The notes under the pieces are model-generated. The model was given only the letters and a program-made list of their open reading frames with translations. It did not search any database and was not told the origin of the DNA. From a virus (lineage: Duplodnaviria > Caudoviricetes), in IMG/VR virus record IMGVR_UViG_3300028888_000049: DNA of 64,000 bases; one strand, 5' to 3'. A program made the translations under genes and the position numbers. This document shows, in pieces, positions 54,968 through 64,000 of this stretch; the stretch's first letter is position 1, and the number at the start of each line of letters is the position of its first letter.

Positions 54968-55305
54968 CCTAACTGCCATAAATATACAGCAAGTTAGTCT
55001 CACTAGATACATGCATATAAGAATTAAAGAGCGGGTAGATGTCAGTGTCAGTCCTTGTGGTTAGTGTGTCTAAGTCCTCTGTGCATTATCCTGTAGTTAG
55101 TCTCAGACACATTGTCTGTAAGTCTGTAGTCCTTGCACATCTCTTATATGTCTTGCAGTAAGTCTTGTTATATATCTTAGACATATTGTCTATTGTGTTA
55201 GATACGTACTGCAAAATGTATGTTAAGTCTGTGTGTGTCTCTTATATGTATATATGTTATCTCATTATGTTTTATTATTATGTATATGTTTTTGAAAGGA
55301 GGTGT

Positions 55306-55641
55306 ATGATGAATAAGAATAAGATATCTGGTGAAGATTTATATAGTATGATAAGCGGTTATAGTTATGAGACTAGATGGGATAGAAAGCAGTTTATTTG
55401 TGTATATATAGATGATTTAGAAAGAAAAAGTAGGTTTTTAATATTTAGATTAAAGAAAGAAAGAGATGATGTGTATATGGTTATGTTGAATTATTTGAAG
55501 TATGATGAAATAAAAAGATTGTTTAAGTGTATAGGAATTAAGATTAAAGAAGAATATAATAGAAAGTATATAACAAGTGAAGATTATGATAAGTTTATGT
55601 TATTATTAAAGTTAAGAGGTGTAAGGAGATGGGATAGATAG
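55306..55641 (+). CDS. small paralogue family member (start set after an AAGGAGG RBS)
   Basis: LFKCIGI...YITSEDYDKFMLLLKLRG. Confidence 0.7.
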   Translation: MMNKNKISGEDLYSMISGYSYETRWDRKQFICVYIDDLERKSRFLIFRLKKERDDVYMVMLNYLKYDEIKRLFKCIGIKIKEEYNRKYITSEDYDKFMLLLKLRGVRRWDR

Positions 55642-55663
55642 TAGTTATTAGGAGTTATATGTT

Positions 55664-55990
55664 ATGTGTGATGATATAGAGTTAGTAAGAGTAATGGATG
55701 TAACAAAGACTGATGGAGATAAAATAGTATATATATGTTTTGAAGGAGTATGTAAATATCTAGAGGTTTGTTGTAGATATAATAGAAATATAAGAAAGTA
55801 TGAGTTTGATAGTTTTGAGTTTAGAGGATATAATAGAGGAATATTGAATAAGATATATGATATTACTGGAGAGAAGGTAGAGAAGTATTATAATAAGTAT
55901 TATATTAGTAAGGAAAGTATAAGGAAGATAATAGCGTATAGTAGAATAATAGGTATATATGGATGGAAATATGGAGGTTGTTATGGTTAA
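55664..55990 (+). CDS. small paralogue family member
   Basis: IYDITG...YYISKESIRKIIAYSRIIG. Confidence 0.65.
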   Translation: MCDDIELVRVMDVTKTDGDKIVYICFEGVCKYLEVCCRYNRNIRKYEFDSFEFRGYNRGILNKIYDITGEKVEKYYNKYYISKESIRKIIAYSRIIGIYGWKYGGCYG

Positions 55991-56363
55991 GTATTCAGTT
56001 GGTATAATTCCTTGTGGTAAGATTTTGTTAGATAGTGATAAAGGAAAAGTATATAGAGTAACAGATAGTGAAAGTGTACATATATTTGATTGTTGTGGTG
56101 ACGTAGTAATAAGTGTGGATAAAGTAAAAAGAGCCACAAGAGATACATTTAGGTGTGAAAGAAGTGTAGAGGTATGTATACAAGGTAATGGATATGATGT
56201 AATAGTAAGTGAAGATGGATATATAGAACGTAGGAAATATTTTGAAAGAATTGAAGACGTGTATAATTTAATGAAAAAAGAAAGATGTAATGAGAAAAGT
56301 ATTAAGTTATTTAGAGTATTATTAGATAAATATAATAAGGGTGAGATAGAGATAAGGAGGTGA
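55959..56363 (+). CDS. hypothetical protein
   Basis: ORF in operon. Confidence 0.6.
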   Translation: MDGNMEVVMVKYSVGIIPCGKILLDSDKGKVYRVTDSESVHIFDCCGDVVISVDKVKRATRDTFRCERSVEVCIQGNGYDVIVSEDGYIERRKYFERIEDVYNLMKKERCNEKSIKLFRVLLDKYNKGEIEIRR

Positions 56364-56366
56364 GTT

Positions 56367-56699
56367 ATGAGTGAAAATGAATATAAAAAACTTGAGGAAT
56401 TAATAAAATGGTTAGAAGATAAGTTAGCAAGTAAAAACTTATTAAGTCATAGTTTTGGTATATGTCTTTCTGTAGAAGATAAAAAAGATGGTGGTTATTA
56501 TGTTGGTTTATGTTTAGATGATTATCGTACGAGTTATATAAGGTTTCGTGATTTTGGAGTTAGACGTAAAAAGTTTTTAGAGACGTTGGTTGGTGAAGAG
56601 TTAGAATATTTTGAGGAAAAAGGTATAGCTACTATGAATGTTAGATTAGATGAAAAACATATAAAGAGGTTATCTATGTTACGTAGTATCTATCATTAA
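56367..56699 (+). CDS. small paralogue family member (weak)
   Basis: VRLDEKHIKRLSMLRSIY. Confidence 0.6.
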   Translation: MSENEYKKLEELIKWLEDKLASKNLLSHSFGICLSVEDKKDGGYYVGLCLDDYRTSYIRFRDFGVRRKKFLETLVGEELEYFEEKGIATMNVRLDEKHIKRLSMLRSIYH

Positions 56700-56738
56700 A
56701 TGGAGTATTACTTTATAGTTTAGACAGGAGGATATGAT

Positions 56739-57500
56739 ATGGAAAAAGATATTGAAGTAAAGTTAAATGAGATGAATGCTAAGATAGATAGTATTTGTAG
56801 ATTTTTAGGAATATCTAATGATATAATTGAAGTGTCAGATATTAAGAAACATTATTACGAAGTATGGGTTAGAGATGCATATGGTAAAGTAATGATGAAT
56901 ACACATTATAAGTTAGAAGAAAATGCTGAAAAATTAAAAGATTATATCATGACATATAAAAAGAATTTAGGTGTTGTGGTTGAGATAACTAAAGAAGATA
57001 ATAAGTATTTTAGTAGTCCTTTAACATATATTATGACTGGTACTGTAGTACAATCTAAAGCACAGTTAGAAAAGAAAGATGAAGAGTTATTAGAATATGA
57101 TAAAAAGATGTTTGATACGATTGTTAATGATATGAAGAAAACTATCTATAAAGTAGAAGCTATTATAGATGATATTGAATCTGGTACAATGTATGTAAAT
57201 AAAAAAGATTTAGTATTTATGAAAGATGTGTATAAATGTTTAGGATTATTTAATGAAAAGAATAGTAAGATTAATGTTGAGAAGCTTACTTATAGTATTG
57301 AGTCAGTTGATGTGAAAGATTATGGTAGAGATGTTTGGACAGTACGACGTATAGCACGCTTATTAGGTTTTGTAGGGCGTTATGCTAAAAGTGATAATAA
57401 ACGTGTTAAAGAATTTATTGATAAGTATAATTTAAAAGATGATAATAGTCATAAGAAGTTATCATTAAAAGAATTTATAGACATAGTATTTCATGACTAA
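56739..57500 (+). CDS. hypothetical protein
   Basis: 253 aa, RBS AGGAGG. Confidence 0.7.
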   Translation: MEKDIEVKLNEMNAKIDSICRFLGISNDIIEVSDIKKHYYEVWVRDAYGKVMMNTHYKLEENAEKLKDYIMTYKKNLGVVVEITKEDNKYFSSPLTYIMTGTVVQSKAQLEKKDEELLEYDKKMFDTIVNDMKKTIYKVEAIIDDIESGTMYVNKKDLVFMKDVYKCLGLFNEKNSKINVEKLTYSIESVDVKDYGRDVWTVRRIARLLGFVGRYAKSDNKRVKEFIDKYNLKDDNSHKKLSLKEFIDIVFHD

Positions 57501-57666
57501 TGACATAACGAAGGAGAGCAGTGATATGAAATCATATAAATTTTTTGGAAAAGGTTATAAGTGTCTAAATTATGTTTATAAGTTAGATGAGGTTAAGTTA
57601 TTACTGTAATATTGGACAAAGTCTTTTGTCTATTTTTCAGTAAATTAAAAAGAAAGGAGGTAAGCA

Positions 57667-57888
57667 ATGTATATTGTTGAAGTTGTTGAATCTTTTGAAA
57701 TAGTTATATCACGAGATGGATTTGGAGAAGTGATTGAAGTAGAATCTCATGAATCCCGTAAAGTTGTAGGAATCTTTCGTGATCGTGACCGTGCTGAGAA
57801 ATGTCGTCGTTTACAACCTGAGTTTGTTGAAGATCATCAGAGTTTGGAACCTCAAGTTATAATTCGTGAAATTGATTCTGATTTATAA
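57667..57888 (+). CDS. hypothetical protein
   Basis: RBS AAGGAGG. Confidence 0.65.
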   Translation: MYIVEVVESFEIVISRDGFGEVIEVESHESRKVVGIFRDRDRAEKCRRLQPEFVEDHQSLEPQVIIREIDSDL

Positions 57889-58057
57889 TGAATTGAAAGG
57901 AAGTTATAATGAAAGGAAGAGTTAAACGAAAATTAAAAAGAATAGCTAATATTTTAAAGAAAGCTTTTTTACAAAAGAAATATATAAGTGAAATTCAATA
58001 TAAACCACGAGAACCAATGGAATATATTTGCGTACCATTAACCACTAAAAGAAAGGA

Positions 58058-58324
58058 GTGATAACTATGGGTAAACTAATATGGGTAGTATATAGAATTG
58101 TAAAACATGGTTATAAAGAAAAAGCTTCATTGATATATCTCTGTAAAACCAAAGAGCTAGCAGATTATGCTGCAAGTAAACTCAATGAAAAATATAAACA
58201 GACTATAGAAAATTGTAATAACTCCGGTGAAACATATATGTCTTTTTATGTTAGTAGCTATAGACCATTGTGTATTACTAAAAAATTTATTAATGAAACT
58301 ATGGATTTTACAAACGCATTTTAA
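58058..58324 (+). CDS. hypothetical protein
   Basis: RBS AAGGAG. Confidence 0.6.
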   Translation: MITMGKLIWVVYRIVKHGYKEKASLIYLCKTKELADYAASKLNEKYKQTIENCNNSGETYMSFYVSSYRPLCITKKFINETMDFTNAF

Positions 58325-58342
58325 TTAGAAAGGAGGTAAGTA

Positions 58343-58756
58343 ATGACTAAATTATATGTAACAGCAGATGAACTTAAGAAAGCTGCAGACTATCTTACTT
58401 CTATTAAAGAACGAGGTGGCTGTTATTATTGGAAAATATACGCCAATACAGATGACAATAAAGATATATACATTGTCTTAGGTTGGACACAATATGAATA
58501 TGATAGTGGCGATACTAAATATTATGATAAAGGATATAATTTAGCGGTTAAAGTTGCATATCAACCATCTAATAGCATAATGCAATGTAGTTATGATGTA
58601 GACTTTAGTCTTCCATACAATCCAGACACTGGTGAAATAGATAATGATTTTGAATATCTATTAACCGATACAACAGACTTTAATTCTGTAGCAAAAGATT
58701 TAAATAGTAATGCTTCATGGTTAATTAAGCATTGGAAGGAGTTAGGTCATGAGTAA
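58343..58756 (+). CDS. hypothetical protein
   Basis: RBS AAGGAGG. Confidence 0.7.
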   Translation: MTKLYVTADELKKAADYLTSIKERGGCYYWKIYANTDDNKDIYIVLGWTQYEYDSGDTKYYDKGYNLAVKVAYQPSNSIMQCSYDVDFSLPYNPDTGEIDNDFEYLLTDTTDFNSVAKDLNSNASWLIKHWKELGHE

Positions 58757-58964
58757 ATGGACTGATGCTAAATTAAAACGTCAAGTTATTGAAGAATGGA
58801 AAGACTGTTACGAATGTGGACATTTTCCTGATTTTATATGTGATCAACCTAACGTTAGTGAAGAAGAGTTAGAAGATTATGCTAAAGAATATGATATGAC
58901 TTTAGAAGAATTTAAAAAGTATGTCGATTATTTTCTTTCATATAACGAAACTAGAACATTTTAA
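58749..58964 (+). CDS. small acidic hypothetical protein
   Basis: Coupled ORF. Confidence 0.6.
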   Translation: MSKWTDAKLKRQVIEEWKDCYECGHFPDFICDQPNVSEEELEDYAKEYDMTLEEFKKYVDYFLSYNETRTF

Positions 58965-58976
58965 GGAGTAAATACT

Positions 58977-59354
58977 ATGAGTAATATTGTATATTGTATT
59001 ATTGTACGAGATAATGGTTGGGATGATGACGAATTGAATGGGTCTACTAAAGATTATTATAGAGGTGAACGAGCAATTCGTTTAATTAAAAGTTTTATAA
59101 ATGATTGTTGTAAATGTAGTGAAATAGAAAGTATCTATAAAGTCCATCCAGATGATGTTAAAAAGTTATCTAAATCTAGTATTTTAACTTTTGAAGATGC
59201 TGAAAATTGTGTTAGAGAAATATTAGAAGATATATATGAAGCTGATAAAAAATTACTAGATAAAATTATGACAGAAGAGTATTATAAAAAGTATAAAAAA
59301 TATTTAGATAGAGATACAATTGAAAGATGGAAAGAGGATAAAGATAATGAATAA
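58977..59354 (+). CDS. hypothetical protein
   Basis: Leader TAAGGAGTAAATACTATGAGT, identical to that of the 59706 gene. Confidence 0.65.
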   Translation: MSNIVYCIIVRDNGWDDDELNGSTKDYYRGERAIRLIKSFINDCCKCSEIESIYKVHPDDVKKLSKSSILTFEDAENCVREILEDIYEADKKLLDKIMTEEYYKKYKKYLDRDTIERWKEDKDNE

Positions 59355-59700
59355 GATTAACAGTGTATTAGATCAGAAAATACAAGATCAACTTGAAAGT
59401 TATCCTAATCTTAAAAAGTATGTTGAACATTATATAGAAACTGATGGTGAACCTGAAGATGAAGGATGTATCTCTAATCTTGTTTGTTATTTTAAGTTAC
59501 AATGTCTTAAACATAATTTAAACGAGACAAAAGTATTTAAGTGGAATAAGAAAATTTCTGATGATTTCTATACTTGGGGTACTAATTCACGTTGGTCTAA
59601 TACTTTTGATACCTTTTTATACTATAATTTTCAATATGTTGTAGAAATTGGTATTAGTTTAGCTGAAAAATATGGTGATATTGATGTAGATAAGGAGTAA
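59320..59700 (+). CDS. hypothetical protein
   Basis: Start probably at 59347. Confidence 0.6.
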   Translation: MKDGKRIKIMNKINSVLDQKIQDQLESYPNLKKYVEHYIETDGEPEDEGCISNLVCYFKLQCLKHNLNETKVFKWNKKISDDFYTWGTNSRWSNTFDTFLYYNFQYVVEIGISLAEKYGDIDVDKE

Positions 59701-59705
59701 ATACT

Positions 59706-60194
59706 ATGAGTGAATATTCATATATAGAAGTTTATTTAAACTATCCTGGCTGTGAAGATGAAGAAATAGGTCCTGGTGAAGAATACTTTAAAGTAGATCC
59801 TAATGATAAAGATACAATAAAAGCTTTAAAGATATTAAAACCTTATTTTGAGGATAAAGAAGAAATATATTGTGCAGAAACAGATGGTAATAAAATGACA
59901 ATTAAAAAGAAAGTATCTAAAGTAAAAATTAAAAGGTATGATTCATATATAGATATATTAAAAGCGGATTGGCTGTTTCCTTCATATGATACTGGATTAA
60001 TATGTTGTAATAAAATTGATCCTTTTATTGATTTGGTTTCTGAATTTGGTTATCTTCATCCAATAGTAAAAGAGACTTTTAAATATATCTATGAAATCGA
60101 TTCGAATTTTTTAAATGAATATATGTCTTGGGCAGAATTAAATGGAACTAAACAAGACACTAATATTTTTGTTAATTCATTGAAATTAAAATAA
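59706..60194 (+). CDS. hypothetical protein
   Basis: RBS AAGGAG. Confidence 0.65.
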   Translation: MSEYSYIEVYLNYPGCEDEEIGPGEEYFKVDPNDKDTIKALKILKPYFEDKEEIYCAETDGNKMTIKKKVSKVKIKRYDSYIDILKADWLFPSYDTGLICCNKIDPFIDLVSEFGYLHPIVKETFKYIYEIDSNFLNEYMSWAELNGTKQDTNIFVNSLKLK

Positions 60195-60208
60195 AAGGAG
60201 TTAATACC

Positions 60209-60448
60209 GTGAATAAATATGTTGTTATATATACAGATCATGGTTGTACTTGTGATGGTTTAGCAAGAATCCTCGGTACATATAATACTAAAGAAGAAGC
60301 TCAAGCTAGTATGACCAAAGATGTTAATCAGTACTTAATAGATAATACTGATTATGAATTAGATGTTGATGAAACTTCTCATCGTATTGTTACTAATAAT
60401 ATTGGTGAAGATGCTTGTACTTGGCAAGTTTTAGAAGTAGAAGTATAA
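60209..60448 (+). CDS. hypothetical protein
   Basis: RBS AAGGAG. Confidence 0.6.
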   Translation: MNKYVVIYTDHGCTCDGLARILGTYNTKEEAQASMTKDVNQYLIDNTDYELDVDETSHRIVTNNIGEDACTWQVLEVEV

Positions 60449-60481
60449 ATTGTAAGTAATCTTTAACGAAGGAGAGTATCG

Positions 60482-60742
60482 ATGTCTAAGGAACAAATTA
60501 AAACTAATGAAGTAGAATTACGTTTTATAAATACGCTTACTCATGATAAACATAATCCGTTAACTTGTGGATTTTGTTTAAGTTATAGTGGTATTGGTGA
60601 AGATATAAAGTTAGTTGAACATAATGGGTTTAAGAATTTAAAAGCAGAAGACATTGATGCTTTCCGTAGAGTAGCAGATATGTTAGAAGCTATGTATAAA
60701 TTAAAAGGAACTGACTATTTAGAGGAGATGAATAATGCGTAA
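60482..60742 (+). CDS. hypothetical protein
   Basis: RBS AAGGAG. Confidence 0.6.
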   Translation: MSKEQIKTNEVELRFINTLTHDKHNPLTCGFCLSYSGIGEDIKLVEHNGFKNLKAEDIDAFRRVADMLEAMYKLKGTDYLEEMNNA

Positions 60743-60947
60743 GTTGTTATTTATGTGTTTATTGTTATTAGCTTCTTGTGATAGTGGTGGCGAAGAAGCA
60801 CAATATCCTGAAACAAATTCTTGGAGTACTTATTGGATTGTTTGTATTGATGGTAAAGAATTTATTGAAGGTGCTAAAAGATTATCTATTAATTTAGATA
60901 TAGATACTGGTAAACCTATTCCGTGTAATGTAAAAATGAGGAGATAA
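60735..60947 (+). CDS. small lipoprotein
   Basis: MRKLLFMCLLLLASC lipobox; CIDG...GKPIPC. Confidence 0.65.
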   Translation: MRKLLFMCLLLLASCDSGGEEAQYPETNSWSTYWIVCIDGKEFIEGAKRLSINLDIDTGKPIPCNVKMRR

Positions 60948-60950
60948 ATA

Positions 60951-61280
60951 ATGTCAGATGAAATGTTTACATATTCTGCTAGTGGTTATGTATATGGTAC
61001 AACTTGGGATGGTCATAAAGGAGCATATACAGCAAGAAATTATAGTGACTATGATCATGAAGATGAATTAAAAGCAGCAATTAAAAAAGATTTTGAATCT
61101 GGTGCTTTAGATTCTGGTTTTGGTTTTCAGCATTTAGATGCAGCTAATATGACAATTACCATTAGAGATACAATAGTAGTTAATGGTAAGTTATATCATC
61201 GAAATGATGAAGAATCATATATTCTAGGTAAAGATGAAGATGTTGAAAAATTAAATGACATCTTATCATATGCGGAGTAA
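60951..61280 (+). CDS. hypothetical protein
   Basis: RBS GAGGAG. Confidence 0.65.
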   Translation: MSDEMFTYSASGYVYGTTWDGHKGAYTARNYSDYDHEDELKAAIKKDFESGALDSGFGFQHLDAANMTITIRDTIVVNGKLYHRNDEESYILGKDEDVEKLNDILSYAE

Positions 61281-61285
61281 AGAAA

Positions 61286-61684
61286 ATGAGTAAATATACA
61301 GAACTTAAAGATAAAATGAGTAAATATCATAATGATGGTATTGAGTATGTTTTTGGTTTAGATCAATGGCGAGATTATTTGAAACGTCATAATCTAACTG
61401 AAGAAGAAGCTAAAGCTACATTAGTTGGTGATGGTTATGGAGGTGTTGGTACTAAAGAAGCTTTTGCTAAAAGAGATAAATACTTTGAGGAAGTTCAAAA
61501 AGAAATCTCAGAACAAAGTAATCCTGAAGAAATCTTTGAACATGAATGGTGGAATCATGAGTGTGGATATTCTGGTGATTATACAGAAGCTTTAAGGATT
61601 ACAAGATGTTATTTTAAACATTATACTCCTAAAGAATCTTTTATAAATAAATTACAGAAACGATTTAATGAATGTAATTGTTAA
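61286..61684 (+). CDS. hypothetical protein (E..NHE.GY motif)
   Basis: 132 aa. Confidence 0.65.
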   Translation: MSKYTELKDKMSKYHNDGIEYVFGLDQWRDYLKRHNLTEEEAKATLVGDGYGGVGTKEAFAKRDKYFEEVQKEISEQSNPEEIFEHEWWNHECGYSGDYTEALRITRCYFKHYTPKESFINKLQKRFNECNC

Positions 61685-61974
61685 GTAATATTATTTATTT
61701 TTTTTGTTTTTGTCTATTTTTGTTTATTAGTTTTAGTAACTCATACTTAAAGAAAGGAAAAATACAAAAGAAAACAAGTCGAGAAAAAAATAAAAAATAA
61801 AAATCAAAGAAACATTAATTAGAATATCTAAAAATCATAAAAATAAGAAAAAATTATAAAGTTATGCACAGTTATTTTTCTGAAAGGAGTTAAATATGTC
61901 AGTAACTATATTATTTCCAAAAAAAGTTGTATATATTTACAAATTGTTAGTACTTCATTAGTAAATATATATTA

Positions 61975-62529
61975 TTGTATTTATCGTTAATTAAACATAG
62001 AAGGAGGACTTTAATAATGAAAATACCACAAAGATTATTACGGTTAACTTCAGAGCAACTTGAAGCAAAATTAGAAGAATTACGTAGAGAGTTTGCTGAG
62101 TTAACTAAAGACCATAAAAGACAGCATGGTCGTAAAGGTAATGTTTCAGATAATATTATGGAAGAGATTGTAAGATTAACTAATAATATAGCTTCTGTAA
62201 AAACTAGAAAAAAGAACAGAGACCTTGATAAATCTAGGGATAAAGTTTATAAAGAATCTCTTGGATTACGTTCTGAAGATGAAGCAGATAAGCATGGTAT
62301 AAAACCTGTTGATGAAAGGAGATACATTAAATGCTTTAAGAGTGGTTATATAAATGCTCCTGTTTATAGAACATACATTAAAAGAATGACTGGATTATCT
62401 TTAAATCAAATGTATGTATTACAAGAAAGAACTGGTTATATTCCAACACCTAAGATTAGTTTTAATGAAGCTAAGAAAGATGAGCAAACATTATATGATA
62501 GTGGTGAAATATATAGTAAAGTATTATAA
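61975..62529 (+). CDS. hypothetical coiled-coil protein (start probably 62017)
   Basis: RBS AGGAGG before MKIPQR. Confidence 0.6.
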   Translation: MYLSLIKHRRRTLIMKIPQRLLRLTSEQLEAKLEELRREFAELTKDHKRQHGRKGNVSDNIMEEIVRLTNNIASVKTRKKNRDLDKSRDKVYKESLGLRSEDEADKHGIKPVDERRYIKCFKSGYINAPVYRTYIKRMTGLSLNQMYVLQERTGYIPTPKISFNEAKKDEQTLYDSGEIYSKVL

Positions 62530-62586
62530 TCCACTAAAAAATAATTTTCTTAATATTAACATCTAAATTAAACTGAAGGAGAGTGT

Positions 62587-62895
62587 ATGATGTTTAGTAA
62601 AGATAAGGTAGAAGGTCCTATAAGTAAATCTCAAATGAGTAAACTTATTAATCTTATGCTAGAATCTAAAAGAGCTAAAGAAAAATATGATGCTTATAAA
62701 GAAGAAATTACTAAAGACCTTAAAGATGGTGAATATGTTATTCCAAATGTAGGTAAAGTTATTAAATGTACTTATGTTAAATATCTGTTTGATAAAACAG
62801 AATTTTATAATAGTCATCCGAATATTAATTTAGATGATTATCAGAAAGAGGTAGTAACTACTAAATTAGATATTAAAAATCTATCTAATATTTGA
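62587..62895 (+). CDS. hypothetical protein
   Basis: RBS AAGGAG. Confidence 0.65.
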   Translation: MMFSKDKVEGPISKSQMSKLINLMLESKRAKEKYDAYKEEITKDLKDGEYVIPNVGKVIKCTYVKYLFDKTEFYNSHPNINLDDYQKEVVTTKLDIKNLSNI

Positions 62896-62967
62896 ATTTT
62901 TGGTTTTACATTCTATTATTATTTATTCTAATATGTCTAATGTAATTTAATGAAAGGAAAAACAATT

Positions 62968-64000
62968 ATGGCTAATAAAAATATTCAAGACTCTAATCTT
63001 ATGCCGAAGTTTCAAATTGATACAATTAGATCTGAAGATGGAAGTCAAGTAATTCCAGGTATCAAAAAGATGTATGAAATTGCTTATGCTTTAAAAGATT
63101 CTATTATGCTTTGGGGTGCTCCTGGTATTGGTAAGTCTCAATCAGTTCAACAATGGAATCAAGAAATGATTGAGAAGATGAAAGAGGAAGGTAAGAAACC
63201 TTGGTATCCATATGTAGTAGATGTTCGGTTATCTATGAAAGAACCTGTAGATATGGTTGGTGTACCTATTCCAGTTAAAGATGATAATGGTAAAGTAACA
63301 ACACAATGGGCAACTCCTTCGATGTGGCCTACAGAAGAAGATGCTAAGAACTATTCTGGTGGTATCATCCTGTTAGATGAAATCAATCAAGGTCAAGCTG
63401 CGATTCTTAATGCTGCATTCCAGTTGATTCAAGATAGAGCTTTAGGTGAATATAAAGTACCAGAAAACTTTATGATTATGGCTGCAGCTAATCCTCCAGC
63501 TTATAACTCAACTGTTACAGAATTATCTGTTCCGTTAGCAAATAGATTTAGTCACTTTAACATTGTACCTAACTTCCAATCTTGGTTGGATTACAGAATC
63601 AATCATGGTGGTAACGTAGATGTTATGGCTTACTTAAAATCTCAAGCAACTAATATGTTCTTTGATGAAAAGACTATGACAAGATTAGTTGGTGAACTTG
63701 GAAACGCTATGTTTACAGATATTACAATTACTCCTCGTTCTTGGGAAGTAATTGAGAAGTTATTAGCATTACCTGGTTTTACTTTAGAGGAAAAACAAAG
63801 ATATGCAACGGGTCGTTTAGGTTTGCCTGAAGCTAATAAATACTTTATGTGGTTAAAGAATAAACAAAAGTATCAAGATTGGCGTGAAATCTTAATTAAA
63901 GGTCAGCCGTTTAAATCAGAAGAAGCTTCAGAATATTGGGTAACTCAAATGAATTGTATCTCAAATATTGTAGCAGAAGCAGATGATACTAAATGTAGAA
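62968..64000 (+). CDS. AAA+ ATPase (MoxR-like), 3'-partial; not in the ORF track
   Basis: Manual translation MANKNIQDS...LWGAPGIGKS...LDEINQ...AAANP...PLANRF...TPRSW. Confidence 0.85.
   Translation, partial: MANKNIQDSNLMPKFQIDTIRSEDGSQVIPGIKKMYEIAYALKDSIMLWGAPGIGKSQSVQQWNQEMIEKMKEEGKKPWYPYVVDVRLSMKEPVDMVGVPIPVKDDNGKVTTQWATPSMWPTEEDAKNYSGGIILLDEINQGQAAILNAAFQLIQDRALGEYKVPENFMIMAAANPPAYNSTVTELSVPLANRFSHFNIVPNFQSWLDYRINHGGNVDVMAYLKSQATNMFFDEKTMTRLVGELGNAMFTDITITPRSWEVIEKLLALPGFTLEEKQRYATGRLGLPEANKYFMWLKNKQKYQDWREILIKGQPFKSEEASEYWVTQMNCISNIVAEADDTKCR

Noticed and set aside
847-56137. Short overlapping or antisense ORFs in the track (e.g. 847, 3848, 4935, 7717, 8433, 8939, 10128, 10732, 16386, 18655, 20654, 25787, 26716, 27020, 28766, 31985, 33095, 33129, 40171, 41641, 43039, 51167, 53968, 54724, 55760)
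   Set aside because: Shadows of better-supported genes, with no RBS or recognisable motifs.
1-64000. Stop-codon reassignment (code 15 or 4)
   Set aside because: Conserved proteins (sheath, helicases, GuaC) are full length in the standard code, and TAG ends fibre A at the same residue where paralogues use TAA.

Overview
This window is a very AT-rich segment of a large tailed phage with a contractile tail (tail sheath gene), read in the standard genetic code. The host is probably Gram-negative, since there is a holin plus two-component spanin. Layout: (1) 1-29.8 kb holds virion genes in mixed orientation, most preceded by a phage-specific GTTCTA promoter-like motif, with several homing endonucleases. 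(2) 29.9-44.8 kb holds an SF2 helicase, a DnaB-like helicase, GMP reductase, a MazG-like protein, RNase H, an acyl carrier protein, a structured ncRNA candidate and lysis genes. (3) 41.7-56.7 kb holds a roughly 15-member family of small paralogues flanking an AT-rich, repeat-containing region (candidate origin or terminal repeat). (4) Small early-type genes follow, ending in a partial AAA+ ATPase. The main finding is a candidate multi-site tail-fibre switch. Six paralogous fibre genes share an N-terminus, three on each strand. Each is preceded by a ~44-bp quasi-palindromic site centred on an AA dinucleotide, and the half-sites are reassorted between copies exactly at that AA. An Mpi-family serine invertase gene sits in the middle. 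The inferred mechanism swaps whole genes between upstream flanks rather than fusing coding sequence. All product calls come from motif recognition by eye; no database searches were run.
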